From NCBI RefSeq assembly GCF_009914755.1, contig NC_060931.1: 64,000 nt of DNA; one strand, 5' to 3'. How positions within the stretch are numbered: position 1 is the first letter of the stretch; each line of letters opens with the position of its first letter. Shown piece after piece: positions 40,151-54,003 of the stretch. The position numbers were made by a program, and so were the translations under genes. The notes below the pieces were generated by a model. It was given only the letters and a program-made list of their open reading frames with translations. It was not told the origin of the DNA and ran no database searches. Source of the stretch: the human T2T-CHM13v2.0 reference genome, Homo sapiens.

Positions 40151-42994
40151 CTGAAATAAAAAGAGATATAAAAATTATCGTTGTGTACTAAGACTTTGCG
40201 TTATCCAAAACAACTATTAAAACAAAGCGCAAGGTCTGTGTGTTTGAAATCATTTTGCAATCGCTTGTTTTGACGGAGAAAATAAAAATCATACGCATAA
40301 TATCAAACATTTATTCTTCTTCTCAACATGACGTTATTAATCGGAGCTTTAAAACCAATGTTACACCTCTACACTGCTTTCTTCTTCCAAGGAGGGGTGC
40401 CAGGCTTTGAACCAGTGGACTCCCGGCCTGTCCTGCCCGTCCCACCCCTGCAGGCTCTCCTCTTTCTGTTTCTGCTTATGTTGACTTGACCTTTTGTTAC
40501 ACTACATCTTGATTCTTCACTAAAATTTTTGAGTTTTGCAATTTATGCTCAAAATTTCTTACAGTCCAGACATCATATTGAAAACTGTTATTTCCACACT
40601 GTCTAAAAACAGCATCTTCAAGGGCATTTGTGACCCGTCAGCTTTTGGTAAGGATATCTAAATTACGGAGAAACCTCTATGAAGTCCAAGACAAGTCCCT
40701 TCCATGCTTATAACTTTGAGTATACAAACAACTTCATTGTGCAGAGTTTAGATCAGAAGTTGTAAAAATTAGAAATGAGCATATATTTAAGATTTCATAA
40801 CCAACCCCTAAATCAAAACAGAGGACTGATTTAAAATTCACTGTGTAAATCCAGGTGTTTTTTTTTAATTCAGTGAAACAATGAAACATGTTTATGAAGT
40901 CCATTAAAGTTGTCAGTGAACTATTTCTGAATAAGTAAAATTAAAGGCGGAACCTCGGGTTATTGGAATAAAGCATGTGTGAAGGAGAGTGTTCTACAAT
41001 GTGCTGCGTGAACTCCTACAAGAAACAAATTAAGAAAAATGGAAGTATGGACCATCAATGGGAAAATGTCACGTTTCTTTGCAAAGCCTTGCCTATCCAG
41101 CACCAAAGAGTCCGTGGAAAGTAAACATTCCATCAACCGGTGCTTTGCTACAAACCTTTGAAGCCAGGAGGGGCAGGGTGGCTGTGGAAGGAGAGGGGAG
41201 GTGAGTGTCCAGTGAGCATGAGGGGAGGGATGCTTGAATACGGCGGAGCCCAAACCACAGAGCTTTCTCCTCCTCTCTTCCTATTCCCTGAGGAGTTACC
41301 AGAACAAGGCCCTTCTGATGGGAGTGTGAATGCCCAGTCTGGAGGGCACCACGGGAGCTGAAGGAGCAGTTGCAGGGACTGGACTCGGCGTGCCCACCTG
41401 CAGATGGGCCGCGGCCACAGCCTAGCCAGGACGCACTTGATCTGTGCTGCCCTCTGGTCTGTGAAACACGAGGCTGATGCCCAAAAATGGGCGGGCTCAG
41501 ACACAGGCACAACCAGCAACGGCCTCCAGGGCCGTGTCACCGTTTCTGTTAGAGGTGTTTGTTGTTGTTTTTCCGGGGCACACAGTGGTGCGAAGGCTTT
41601 GGGGAGAGGCGGGGAAGGCAATGGTGAACTCCTTAGAGGCAACAGCACTTGTATGCCAGAGTGCCTTGAACATTCTTGGTCCCTGGAGAATAAAGAGGTT
41701 GGAAAACAGACCCACTTATGTCTACTTCTACAATTTTCCATTCCTGACTCAGGCTGTAAAGCATCGAGGGCTCCTGATGACAGAATGGATACCAGGCCTC
41801 AGGGGTGCACCCCAGCATGGGGGTGGGAAGCCCTCCAGCTCAGTAAAGACCATGTGTGTGTGCATGAGACTGCACGCATGTGTGTGACGTGAGCACGTAT
41901 GTGCACACGTGTGCACGTGTAGAATCAAGCAGGCTCAACTATCAGACCAAATGGTGAGTGGCTTTGCTTTGAAAGGCCTTTTGCCTTTGGCAGAGGAGTT
42001 TACTGGCCATGGCTCAGCCTCTGAATCTTGCAAATGGGAATGACCTCAGTTCTGCTCCTCCAGCTTCCTGCTGTGTTTCACACCTCGTGGTCCACTCTAC
42101 GCAGAGACTAAGCTCAGCTTCTGGGTCCACACCCACCAGTCACCAGGGGTTGCTCATTTTTTCCTCATGAGACCAAGTACACCCAAAAAAGGGACAGTAA
42201 AACAAACCAAACCCCAAACCCCAAACCAGATACCCTTTAAGAAAGTGTGCTGGTTTGAGGAAAGGCCAGCATAAGAAGTCAGTAGACAGCGGTGGCTCAT
42301 GGATAGCTGGTCAGCTCCTGCTTTGGCAAAATGCAGTAATAACCCCCTTGGCTGGGAAATGCTCCTAGCCAGTGAATTTGTGGCTACGATGGCCTCAACC
42401 TGCTTCCCCACTCCCGAAACTCCTGTCTCTATCTCACAGTATACGGAAGATACCATTTTCTCTGACATGTTGTGCCTGGTGGCCTTGGGAAGGTTTCGCT
42501 GTAATTTTCATATCCGTACCAGCCCCCACCTTGTGCTCAACCTATTTACAAAAACCCACGGGCAGTCAAGGACATGTGCAGTGTAGATACAGGGTGTGGC
42601 ATGGCTGAGGACTTTATTTACAAAGGATCATGCAGTTGTATTATTACACGCAAAGCATCACAAATAGAGAGGAAAACCACGACATATTGAACACAAGAGT
42701 TCATCCGGTTGACCCAAGATGTAGACCACGAGTTATTCAGGAAGGTGACACAGCCGTCTCATTTGACTCCATCAGAACAAAGAATCAGTGAGCAAAAGGT
42801 CTCCAACAGTAAGAAAAGTTGATATCATAGAAACTTCCACAACAGGAATTCACTGAGAAAGAACGATTAGTGATACAAACCAACCCAGGGGTCACCGGGC
42901 GAGAGCGCACCGTCATGCAAAGCACCAGCAAGCAAGGTCAGAGGTCGTTAGAGGCTCAGAAAAGGGGCTTTCCACATCGCCCCTGCAGTACAGT

Positions 42995-43081
42995 CACAGT
43001 TTCCAATGATCACTTTTGTGACTATGCAACTGGGCTCATATTACTAGCTGCAACATCACAAAAATGACACTGGCCACCGCT
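42995..43081 (-). ncRNA. MIR153-2: microRNA precursor mir-153-2 (5p arm 43067-43046, 3p arm 43029-43008)
   Basis: Minus strand contains UUGCAUAGUCACAAAAGUGAUC (miR-153-3p) pairing with UCAUUUUUGUGAUGUUGCAGCU. Intronic and sense to PTPRN2, as known for mir-153-2. Confidence 0.97.
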
Positions 43082-45099
43082 AATTAGCTGGCAAGGTAAG
43101 GGTTTGTCCGTTTTACCGTGAGCAGCGTTAGTGAGCACCATTGCACACAGCAAGAAGGGAGAGAGTAATAATGAGAGAGAGAGAGAGAGAGAGAGTTTTT
43201 AAAGCAAAGCCCTCACATGTGATGCTAATTATCTCTTAGCAGTTTCTCTTTAAAGTGTAAATGCGCTCCCTCTGGGCTCCAGAAATATTTAATCACACAT
43301 CTCGGTGCCTGGCGAACGCGCCAGGCCAGAGTGAGAACGCGTCGTCTATTGTTCAAAGATAAGAAACGCTGCAGCATGAAGATGGCCGGTGTCTTCAGAA
43401 GGGGTCTCACCTTTCCTGTCGCTGAAATCGGGGTGGCTATTTTATACAGAAAACCAGCCACCGGCAATGCTTGTCTAAGTGTGAAGCTTCCTGAGAATGT
43501 GTTCGCTCAAACCCACTGTCCAGATAACACATGAAAGGTGGCCTTGGCCGAAACGCTGGGCGGTGCCAGGTAAGGCAGGCAAGAAAAGCTTTCTACTCTG
43601 ACGTGGCTTTCAAAACCGTGTCTGGGGGTTCATTAGCTTTTGAATTTAACAAAAACCTTCTTAGGCTGTATCTCCTCAGACCCTGGAGCAAGGGAAATTT
43701 GGGAATCCAATTTTTCTTGGTGATGAATCATAAACACTGAGGGTCGGTGATGTACATGTTCCCGTCCATATATGGATATGGACATAGCAACGTGCCCATA
43801 TGCATATACGTGCAAACACACTGGATGAACGCAAAGACGGGGTGTTAAGATGAATTGCCGTCTTTGTAGTTACATCCATTTTGCCAGGAATGACTGTTTT
43901 TTGAAGACTCTATTTCAGGAAATTATGTAAGATTTCTACATAGTATGTCTTTAGAAATAAATCCGTATTGACAGAATGTACATAATGGCCAGGAAATTAG
44001 CGTGGGTGAGGAAGGAGCCGTGTACAGTAGTTGTTTTAGGATGTACTCAGGACTCTGGATCTACGCTCTGCGTCCCCAGGGGAGGTGACGGCAGGCAGGG
44101 GCCACTGAGTGTGTGTTGTGGCTGTGACACCAGATTCAAGTGTCTCCTTGCAGAGGCTCTTGATTGATTTCTATTGATTCAAATTACAAAAAACTGCATT
44201 TTGCTTTTCAATGTAGACTAAAAGGCAAAATAAATTGAATCATAATAAGCTTCAGAATCTGTAATACACAAATTCAAGAATTCCACAGAGAATTCAAAAA
44301 TCGCTTCTTTATGACAATCTTTGTCTCGTTAACCTCCCTCCAGTTACATAACTGTAGACTCGAGAATGAGTAACTGTTAAGAATCAAGTCACTTTATGAT
44401 AGTGGGGCATGGCATTGGATTCAAATGCATTTTTTCTTCTTATTCTCCTTGTTTGGATATTTGTCTCTTTTCCTCAATAGGTAGACTTCTGATCAGTTAA
44501 ATGTAAGACATATTCTATACAATTTAGAGCTTCGTCACTGATGCTTTTGACAATTTCATTTTCCTTGTGGTGGTTTATTCACTAAGCACCACCACCTAGC
44601 CAATGCGGACCGACTGTTTACCACAATCAAAGCTGTGGTCTTAAATGCTGCTTTTTTTTCATTGTCAATTTCTTCCTGTAAGACAGAGTCTAGCATTCAC
44701 TTCAACAGTTCAGTAAATACACTCTCAAACCAGACAACGTATTGGGTGACTGGCTGACTGGAGCAATGAACAAAAAACTGAATTTTTTAAAGAGGGTCAG
44801 TTTCAAAATAGCCCTAAAAATACAGACAGCCACGGGCTAAGTGTCTCCGGGCTTCCCTGCAAGATCACGCAGGGTGGTATCTGGGCCTGCGCTCGCTACC
44901 TCTTTCATCCCATGCAGCCAGATGAGAATCCAACTGAACATCCGAGCTTTATGCATCAATATCCTGTGGCACATACACTTTAGGCTCTTTGTCAACTGAA
45001 GAACCTTATCAAAAATAATGGCCCTATTTCCACAGTTCGAAGATGCCTATTCCCCCTCACATTTTAATACCTCTGAAGCTAGAAAATCGCTCACGATTA

Positions 45100-45620
45100 A
45101 CACGTGCCGTTAACGGAGTCTTCCCGCCTCTCGCTTCCCTTCCCCTCCCCCCTGCGGCGCCGACACAGACGCGGCCCTCGGCGCCAGGGGCGTCTCAGGA
45201 GCACCGAAGCCTCGCTCCCCTGTGCCGCGCGCTCAGCGCGCACTGCCCTGCCGGCGGGCCGCGCGTCATACCTGCGGAAGTCCAGGAGGGACCTTGAGGA
45301 GGAAGGGACTCCTCGGTCATACCAACTCAGGAAGTGGAACTGCGTCACGGTGCGCGTCTCGTTGGTCTGCAGGTTCTTCAGATAGAAGCTCCTCACCAGG
45401 AAGTCCTCACACCAGATGTGCTCGGAGACCAGGTTCACCTGGCAGGGAGGAGCGGAGGGAGGGGACAGAGACAGGTGTGGACATTGTGAACCGAACCTCA
45501 GGCACTGAGGAACCCAGGGCCACGTCTGACGAGAGAAGGGGGCGCTGCGAAGAGGGCACATTTTACAGCGCAGGTGGGTTCCCTCGGCTTCGCGGCCCCC
45601 TCCCACCTTCCCAGTGTTAA
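45100..45620. promoter_or_regulatory. Intragenic CpG-dense patch around the 167-nt exon
   Basis: High CpG density by eye (gccgcgcgctcagcgcg, ggccgcgcgt). Not computed. Confidence 0.55.
45272..45438 (-). CDS. PTPRN2: PTPRN2 coding exon (exon 19), 167 nt, [55 protein letters not shown](R)
   Basis: Acceptor ccag|GTG and donor CGCAG|gtatga. Encodes the WPD-loop equivalent WYDRGVP. Lies within ORF 45097..45606. Confidence 0.97.
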
Positions 45621-46454
45621 CGCACTGAAGTTAGCTCCGTGCGGGTGTGTGTGCTTAGTGTTATTTAGGGGCTTGAGCGTCAAATAATTTTTTAAAAGGT
45701 TACAATCCAAAACTATCCTACTTTCTGTCTTTTGCATGTCCATGTTACATAAACCCTCAAAAAAAGGAACCAGAGAAAAATTACACTTTTCAACAAAAGC
45801 AGCGACACGACTACATGTTCTGCTCAGTGGTTCCACTCTAAGTGAGACTCCATCGCAGCTGCGCACACCCGGGTCTAGAGCAGGAAAAGCAAAAGGCTCA
45901 CGGAGTCGCGCTGATGTGAACCCCAGCGCAGGCACTTCCGGGCCTAAGCATTTCTGCAGGAACCCCAAGGCCACAGCTGTGTGGTTTAAGGTTCACACTT
46001 GAGCCTCTAACTCGCTTCCTACTGTGGAGCTTTGGCATTCTCACTCATTTAATGCCAAACAGAATCAAAGCATGCATTCTAGTGCTGGCTTAATCACCCA
46101 CGTTTATTTACTTCATTCTTGATGGGGGCAGAAAATCCAGCCAGATAAATAAACTGGTGAGCAGGTTATCCTCAAATAAAAAGGTCACATGATCCAGCCA
46201 CGAAACTCCAAGCAGAGCCACGGGGAGGCCACACGGCTCAGGCACTGGCATCAAGGATGGGCGCCAGGTTTTCTTAAAAACGGACCCCACTTAAAGGCTT
46301 GTTATATGGGACCGGGACCACGCTGTGAGGCGAATGTTTTTTCTACTCTGTTATCATTTGGATTTAGAAAAATCTAAAAGATAAAAACCACACCACACTC
46401 CCAGGGTCTGGTTCATGAGCACACAGCCGTGTGAACCATCCACACGGGCATGCA

Positions 46455-46595
46455 GCCCTCGGGGGTGACTCAGCCTCCGTCCCCTGAACATGGGGTGCGC
46501 TGAGCCTCCCTGCATGCGGCCCTCGGGGGTGGCTCAGCCTCCATCCCCTGAACATGGGGTGCGCTGAGCCTCCCTGCATGCGGCCCTGGGGGGCC
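46455..46595. repeat. ~64-bp tandem duplication just downstream of the exon-18 donor
   Basis: gccctcgggggtg...cccctgaacatggggtgcgctgagcctccctgcatgcg occurs twice. Confidence 0.9.
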
Positions 46596-46679
46596 CTAAC
46601 GAATCCCATTCGGAGGAGGAGCAGGGCCCGTCCTCGTCCGGCTGGTGGGTCCTGGCCTGGGTGGCTCTGGTCGGAGTAC

Positions 46680-46799
46680 CTCATAGATGTGGTAGAGATT
46701 GGAGCCTTCATCCGGCCAGTAGTGGTAGCACTGCCGGACGCCGTTCTCCGCGAGGGGTGTCAGCATGACGATCACCACGCAGCCGCTCTCCCACACCAT
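46680..46799 (-). CDS. PTPRN2: PTPRN2 coding exon (exon 18), 120 nt, [40 protein letters not shown]
   Basis: Acceptor cgcag|ATG and donor GAG|gtactc. Contains the PTP motifs IVMLT and CxxYWP. Matches the start of ORF 46596..46799. Confidence 0.97.
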
Positions 46800-49069
46800 C
46801 TGCGGACAAAGAAGGCCCGTGGCCGCGGTGTGACTGTCTCATCACCGCGTGACATGTGTAATTACTGCACTCGGAAGCACAGTCCAAATTTATTCCATTC
46901 ACAGGACATTTATTTCATTTTCATCAGACATGTTTACTCCGCAGCTGCCTGAGCATCTCTGAATGCACTGGCCCATAGTTTGCATGTTCCACGAAATATT
47001 AAAAAACCCCGCAAATTTATCCCATGCCATTTAGAGCTTCCTCAGGTGTAGGTTCAGCTGTGTGGTTTTCCAACTTCTGATCTGTAAAGGAAACTTTCTA
47101 CAACGCCACACATAACAGCCAGCACTTCTCGAGGCGGTGCCGACACCCTCACTTGCTGGTGGCTAGCATCATTTTGCTCACCTAGAGAAACGTTTTGCTT
47201 CGTGAAGCTGCTGTCCTGTCAGAAGCAGCCTCCGAAAGGCTTCTTTTCAAAGTACTTCACGGAAAGCAGTACTGCACTGCTGCAATTTCATTTGTTTATA
47301 CCGAAATATGGCAACACTATTCAGATTAAAGCAAATACCAAATTGATTTACTAATTCCTATTAGCCACATTGAAACACAATAAACAAAAGCACATTTAAA
47401 CCCACAGAAATTACAAAGACACAAAGTCCTCTGACCTCGTTTCTTTGCAAACACAACTGGCTACTTGTGGCTGTAAACCTACATCTTAACATTTACAGCC
47501 TAACTACCCAAAACCACTAATCCTGTGGGGCACACTGATGTGGCATTTGTAGATTTTTATTAGCATATGAAATTATAGAGTGAAGAGGGGTCTGCTTTTT
47601 CTGCAATGGGTTACATTAACTTGGCAGAAATGTTTATAAGCAACTGCATTTAGATGTAAATTTGGTATCCAAGACAGTTTCTATTTCTTTTAAAAACAGA
47701 CACAAAAATCCAATTAAGACCTTGTTATTTTAAAAACCCTCATATCCCAAATATAAAATGCTGTCATCGTAGCGCATGTTACTGAATTCCACATTTATAT
47801 TTTAAAAATCAGACACAAACACGACATTTTCCTTTTTTAATATTGATTTATGTTCTCACGGGGCTGAAATAGTCAATATCCTCAAGGCACCTCACTGTGT
47901 AACATTTACATCGGAAGCCAATGGAACCAACTGAAGTATTTACAAAACGCCCACAAATAAATAAGAATTATGCTCAAATTTGTGCACTTTCTCTTTCCTT
48001 AGTGCCCATCCGACAACAAGATGAGAATTCAAAACATGTTTCTTACGCCAGGCTTTTCAGGCTTTCAAACCTGCTCCTCCAAATCGGTTCTTCCATCACA
48101 TAACAATTTAATGTGCCTTCAGAAGGTGGAGAAGCTCATGGAAGCCATTACGAAAATGAGGAGAAACACAGATTTTATGAGTGTAATAAAAATACAATGA
48201 TCTAGACCATAAACTAATCATCCGGCACTCGGCTCCGTGCCACCCAAGTGTGACATTACAGAGCCCCGTCGACTGGGGGGACCCGGACGGCCTGGAAGCC
48301 GCACTCATTGGCTCTCGCGTCCGCCCTTCATTATGGGGCGCCTTCCCGGCTCTCTGAAGATTTGGTTAAGATTAAATCCAAATGAAACTTAATTTAAACA
48401 AGCAATCCCAAAGGCGCTCTGGGGAATAATATTTCTTTTTAGGTCACTGTGTATAAAAGCAGAGAGGGGAATTTACTAAATCAAACAAATAGGCAGCCCA
48501 ATTGGGTACCAATATTACAAGCTGTTCATGGAACTGATTACATTATCTTGTGTTCCTTTGAATCGGTACAAAGCAACTCAATCGAGGAGGAAAACTATGG
48601 CATTTCTCCATCTGTTTCCAGCCTTCAACAGCGCGCCTGACCAGATAACCTCAGAATACATCGCAAAAAGTTAATTTGGATTTTGGTATGAATGCAGAAT
48701 CAGTAAAAATCCCAGTCGAGTAAGGTTCAATTTCTAATCGGGGAGAAGTTTCACTATTTTCTTTCTCATTGACTTGGTCTTTGCTGACAGGTGAAATACG
48801 GAAGTGCTAACCCCTGGCACCTGTGAATGTGACCTCATTTGGATACAGGATTTTTCAGACTTAATCAAGTTAACATTGGTTTGTGTCACAAATCTTTGAG
48901 AAATCTAAAACTGTCTCTTTCAGGAAGTAAATAATGACCCAGGATCCTTATTTAATCTTAATGCAGTTCATTGGAATGCGCAGTTTACAAAACTGTATGC
49001 CTGAATTCCAGAAATGACCATTACTGGCACTTCCTGTTTGGTGAAGGGTAAGAGAACACGGCCCCCATG

Positions 49070-49850
49070 GCCACCTGCACAGCCGAGTACCTGCACACCC
49101 CAGCACCTGCACACCCCAGCACCTGCACACTGCAGCACCTGCACACCACAGCACCTGCACACCGTGGCACCTGCACACCCCAGCACCTGCACACCCGAGC
49201 CGAGCCCCTGCACATCTGAGCACCTGCACATCCGAGCCCCTGCACACCCCAGCACCTGCACACCCCAGCCCCTGCACACCCCAGCCCCTGCACACCCCAG
49301 CACCTGCACACCCGAGCCCCTGAACACCCGAGCCCCTGCACACCCCAGCACCTGGACACCCGAGCCCCTCCACACTCCAGCACCTGGACACACCAGCACC
49401 TGCACACCCCAGCACCTGCACACCCCAGCACCTGCACACCCGAGCCCCTGCACACCCCAGCACCTGCACACCCCAGCACCTGCACACCCCAGCACCTGCA
49501 CACCCGAGCCCCTGCACACCCCAGCCCCTGCACACCCCAGCACCTGCACACCCCAGCACCTCCACACCGTGGCACCTGCACACCCGAGCCCCTGCACACC
49601 CCAGCCCCTGCACACCCCAGCACCTGCACACCGCAGCCCCTGCACACCCCAGCACCTGCACACCCGAGCCCCTGCACACCCCAGCACCTGCACACCCCAG
49701 CACCTGCACACCCCCTGCACACCCCAGCACCTGCACACCCGAGCCCCTGCACACTCCAGCACCTGCACACCCGAGCACCTGGACACACCAGCACCTGCAC
49801 ACACCAGCACCTGCACACCTGAGCCCCTGCACATCCCAGCACTTGCACCA
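49070..49850. repeat. 17-bp minisatellite (CAGCACCTGCACACCCC / GAGCCCCTGCACACCC variants), ~45 copies
   Basis: Directly visible periodicity. Confidence 0.97.
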
Positions 49851-50371
49851 CCATCCCTGGATCGAACCAAAGTCACCAACATGGACTGAAAATGAGCCGC
49901 AAGTGCTGGATCCCGAGTGTGAACGGCTGGCACCACGCTTTGGAGGAAAACTGATACTCCCCAGTTTTACATACTTCTTCTCCAGTGCAGCGTCCCCAGG
50001 CCTCAGCATCCCCCTTGAAGGCTCTAGCTGTGCCAGCTCTGTGGGCCTGGGGTGGGGAGGGGAGCAATGTTGCGCTTTGCTGTTTATGATTCCAGAAGGA
50101 ATGGAAGTGGTCAGCCCAGTGGTTCTCAGAGACCACCAAACACAGGGGTTAAAGCCTGCTGCCAGGCTCTGTGAACCTGAGCCATCTCGACGCGCCCGGC
50201 AGGGACACAGCAGCTTGCTGTGAGGTCTCCTGACAGCTGTTCAGCAGCAGCAAGTGGAGAAATTCAGTGATTCGGACAGTGACCCAAGGAACAAGAAGTG
50301 CAGACTTCGGCTGTTATTTGACCCAACTGAGTAAGTTTACTGACTGTAGATTTAAAAACCATATTGTTGTT

Positions 50372-50804
50372 TGTTACAGGTTCAACGCTGTCCTCCCCAC
50401 AGCTTATATTGACGTCCTAATCCCTGGTATCTATGAATGTGGCCTTATTTGGAAACAGGATCTTTGCAGATGCAACTGAGCTGAGGGTGGGTCCCAATCC
50501 AACGTGACTGTGTCTTTAGAAGAAGAGGGAGACACCTCGAGAAGGCACAGACACGGAGAGCGGCCACGCGCAGACAGGCAGAGATGGAGTGTTGTGGCCA
50601 CCCACGCCACACCCCTCATGGCAGGCGGCCACGGGACACTGCAGAGGCCGTGAGGATCTTCCCCCACAGGCTTCGGAGAGCGTGGCCCTGCTCACACCTG
50701 GATCTCAGACTACCAGGCTCCAGAACTGCGAGGGGATGCCCTCCTGTTGTTTTAAAACAACGAGTTTGCAGCACCTTGTGATGTCAGCCCTAGCAAGAGA
50801 TGCA
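50372..50804 (+). mobile_element. MLT1-type MaLR solo LTR
   Basis: gaatgtggccttatttggaaacaggatctttgcagatg...ccaggctccagaactgcgag...tgttgttttaa. Confidence 0.82.
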
Positions 50805-50954
50805 TCCGCTGCAACCTCACTCTCTTCTTCACCCATCAAATCACCCACAGGCGTGGAACAATGGCCACCCCGCCTACGCTTCCTATCAACACCGATGGAG
50901 AGGAACACAGGGCCTCTTCACTCTAGGTCCTTTTTGAGTGCTAAGTATTTAATT

Positions 50955-52257
<1,303 letters not shown>

Positions 52258-52262
52258 AACTC

Positions 52263-52597
<335 letters not shown>

Positions 52598-52673
52598 TAA
52601 AATAAGCTCTCCTGAAGCCCCACAGAGACCTGATTTAAGGGAAGATGATCAATCTGAAATAGTGAAACACTGG

Positions 52674-52812
52674 AGCTGGATGTGGTGGTGTGAACCTGTA
52701 GTCCCAGCTAGTTGGGAGGCTGAGGTGGGTGGGAGGATCATTTGAGCCCAGGAGTTCAGGACCAGCCTGGGCAACATAGTGAGATCCCATCTCTGAAAAA
52801 CAAAACAAAAAA
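52674..52812 (+). mobile_element. Alu monomer (FLAM-like)
   Basis: ~135-bp monomer. TSD ctgaaatagtgaaac at 52654-52668 and 52813-52827. Confidence 0.85.
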
Positions 52813-53916
52813 CTGAAATAGTGAAACGCCAGGCCATTTTCTCTACAAAACATCCCTGGGCCCCTTCAGGAGGAAAGCTTCTCCTCCTTCTACTTAGATC
52901 TTTTGTGATGAGTCCCTTCCTGCCTGTGTTAGTCTTGTCTTTAGCCCGTATGTCTTTCCTCTACCAGACTATCATCTCTTTAAAGACTCCATCCTAGTCC
53001 AGTTACCTTTTCTACCCTCCATGGCATCTAACAGATGCTTCATTGAAAACAATTCACATTTCTAAGAGGCCGTTTGGATATTTATGTAAAAAAAAAGATA
53101 ACCGAAAGAAAATGTTATCAAAGGCTTGCATGGCAGAAGTCCTCCAGGACTTGCTTAAATGTACAGACAAGTGTTCAGTTTTTAAAAAAACAAGCATGGT
53201 AACTGCATCCCGCTGAAGCGGTTGCCATGAAGATGCATTTCCTCCAGAGCAGGTGCGGGGCCCACGCAATTCTGCTGCACAGCTCATTTCTGCTCATTTC
53301 TGTTGTGAGCGTCCTCTCGTGGGCTGAACAGAGGTTTAGACTTATAAAGAAGATGCAGCTAAATTTAAAAGGATGAGGAGTCAGTTAATGGGAAAACACT
53401 CGTATTTCACTCCTTAGGAGCTCACCGATGCCTGGAAGTTAAACTGTGTGGTCTGAGACAGATTAAAGAGGAAGAAATAGTGTGTGTGACATCTTTTGCA
53501 GGGGAAACCTTCAGCTCTGCTCTCACCCTGCCCAGAGGACAGTCCTAAGAAATGAAGCTTCAGGCTTTGCGGCTCTGGTTCCGAGAGAGTCACAGGCTCC
53601 AGGCCACAGCACGCACATTTGGACACGGTAATATAACCCAACGCAGGGTGACAAAACCTTCGTGATGCCGTCCATGACCAGCTCATGGTGCACCTACCTG
53701 GCTTTTTTTTAGTAAACAAATATCTCAGTGTGGGATTCATTTAGGGATGACACGATGAGGTGACGTAGCCCACACACACGTCAGCAGTGCTGATGGAAAG
53801 GCTGATGAGGGGGCAGCGGGAGGAACCCCCCTGTGCCGCTATCAGATCGACGCCTGTGCTGCCTTGTAGCCCCATCCCAGGGCTGAGGAGCAGCTGCAGC
53901 AACCTCTGGGACTTTT

Positions 53917-54003
53917 CCACCAGCAGTATTGCCGCCCAGGAGGAAGGGGAAGCCTCAGAACACCAGCAGTATTGCTGCCCAGGAGGAAGGGGAAGCCTCA
54001 GAA
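53917..54003. repeat. 43-bp tandem duplication
   Basis: caccagcagtattgc(c/t)gcccaggaggaaggggaagcctcagaa occurs twice. Confidence 0.9.
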
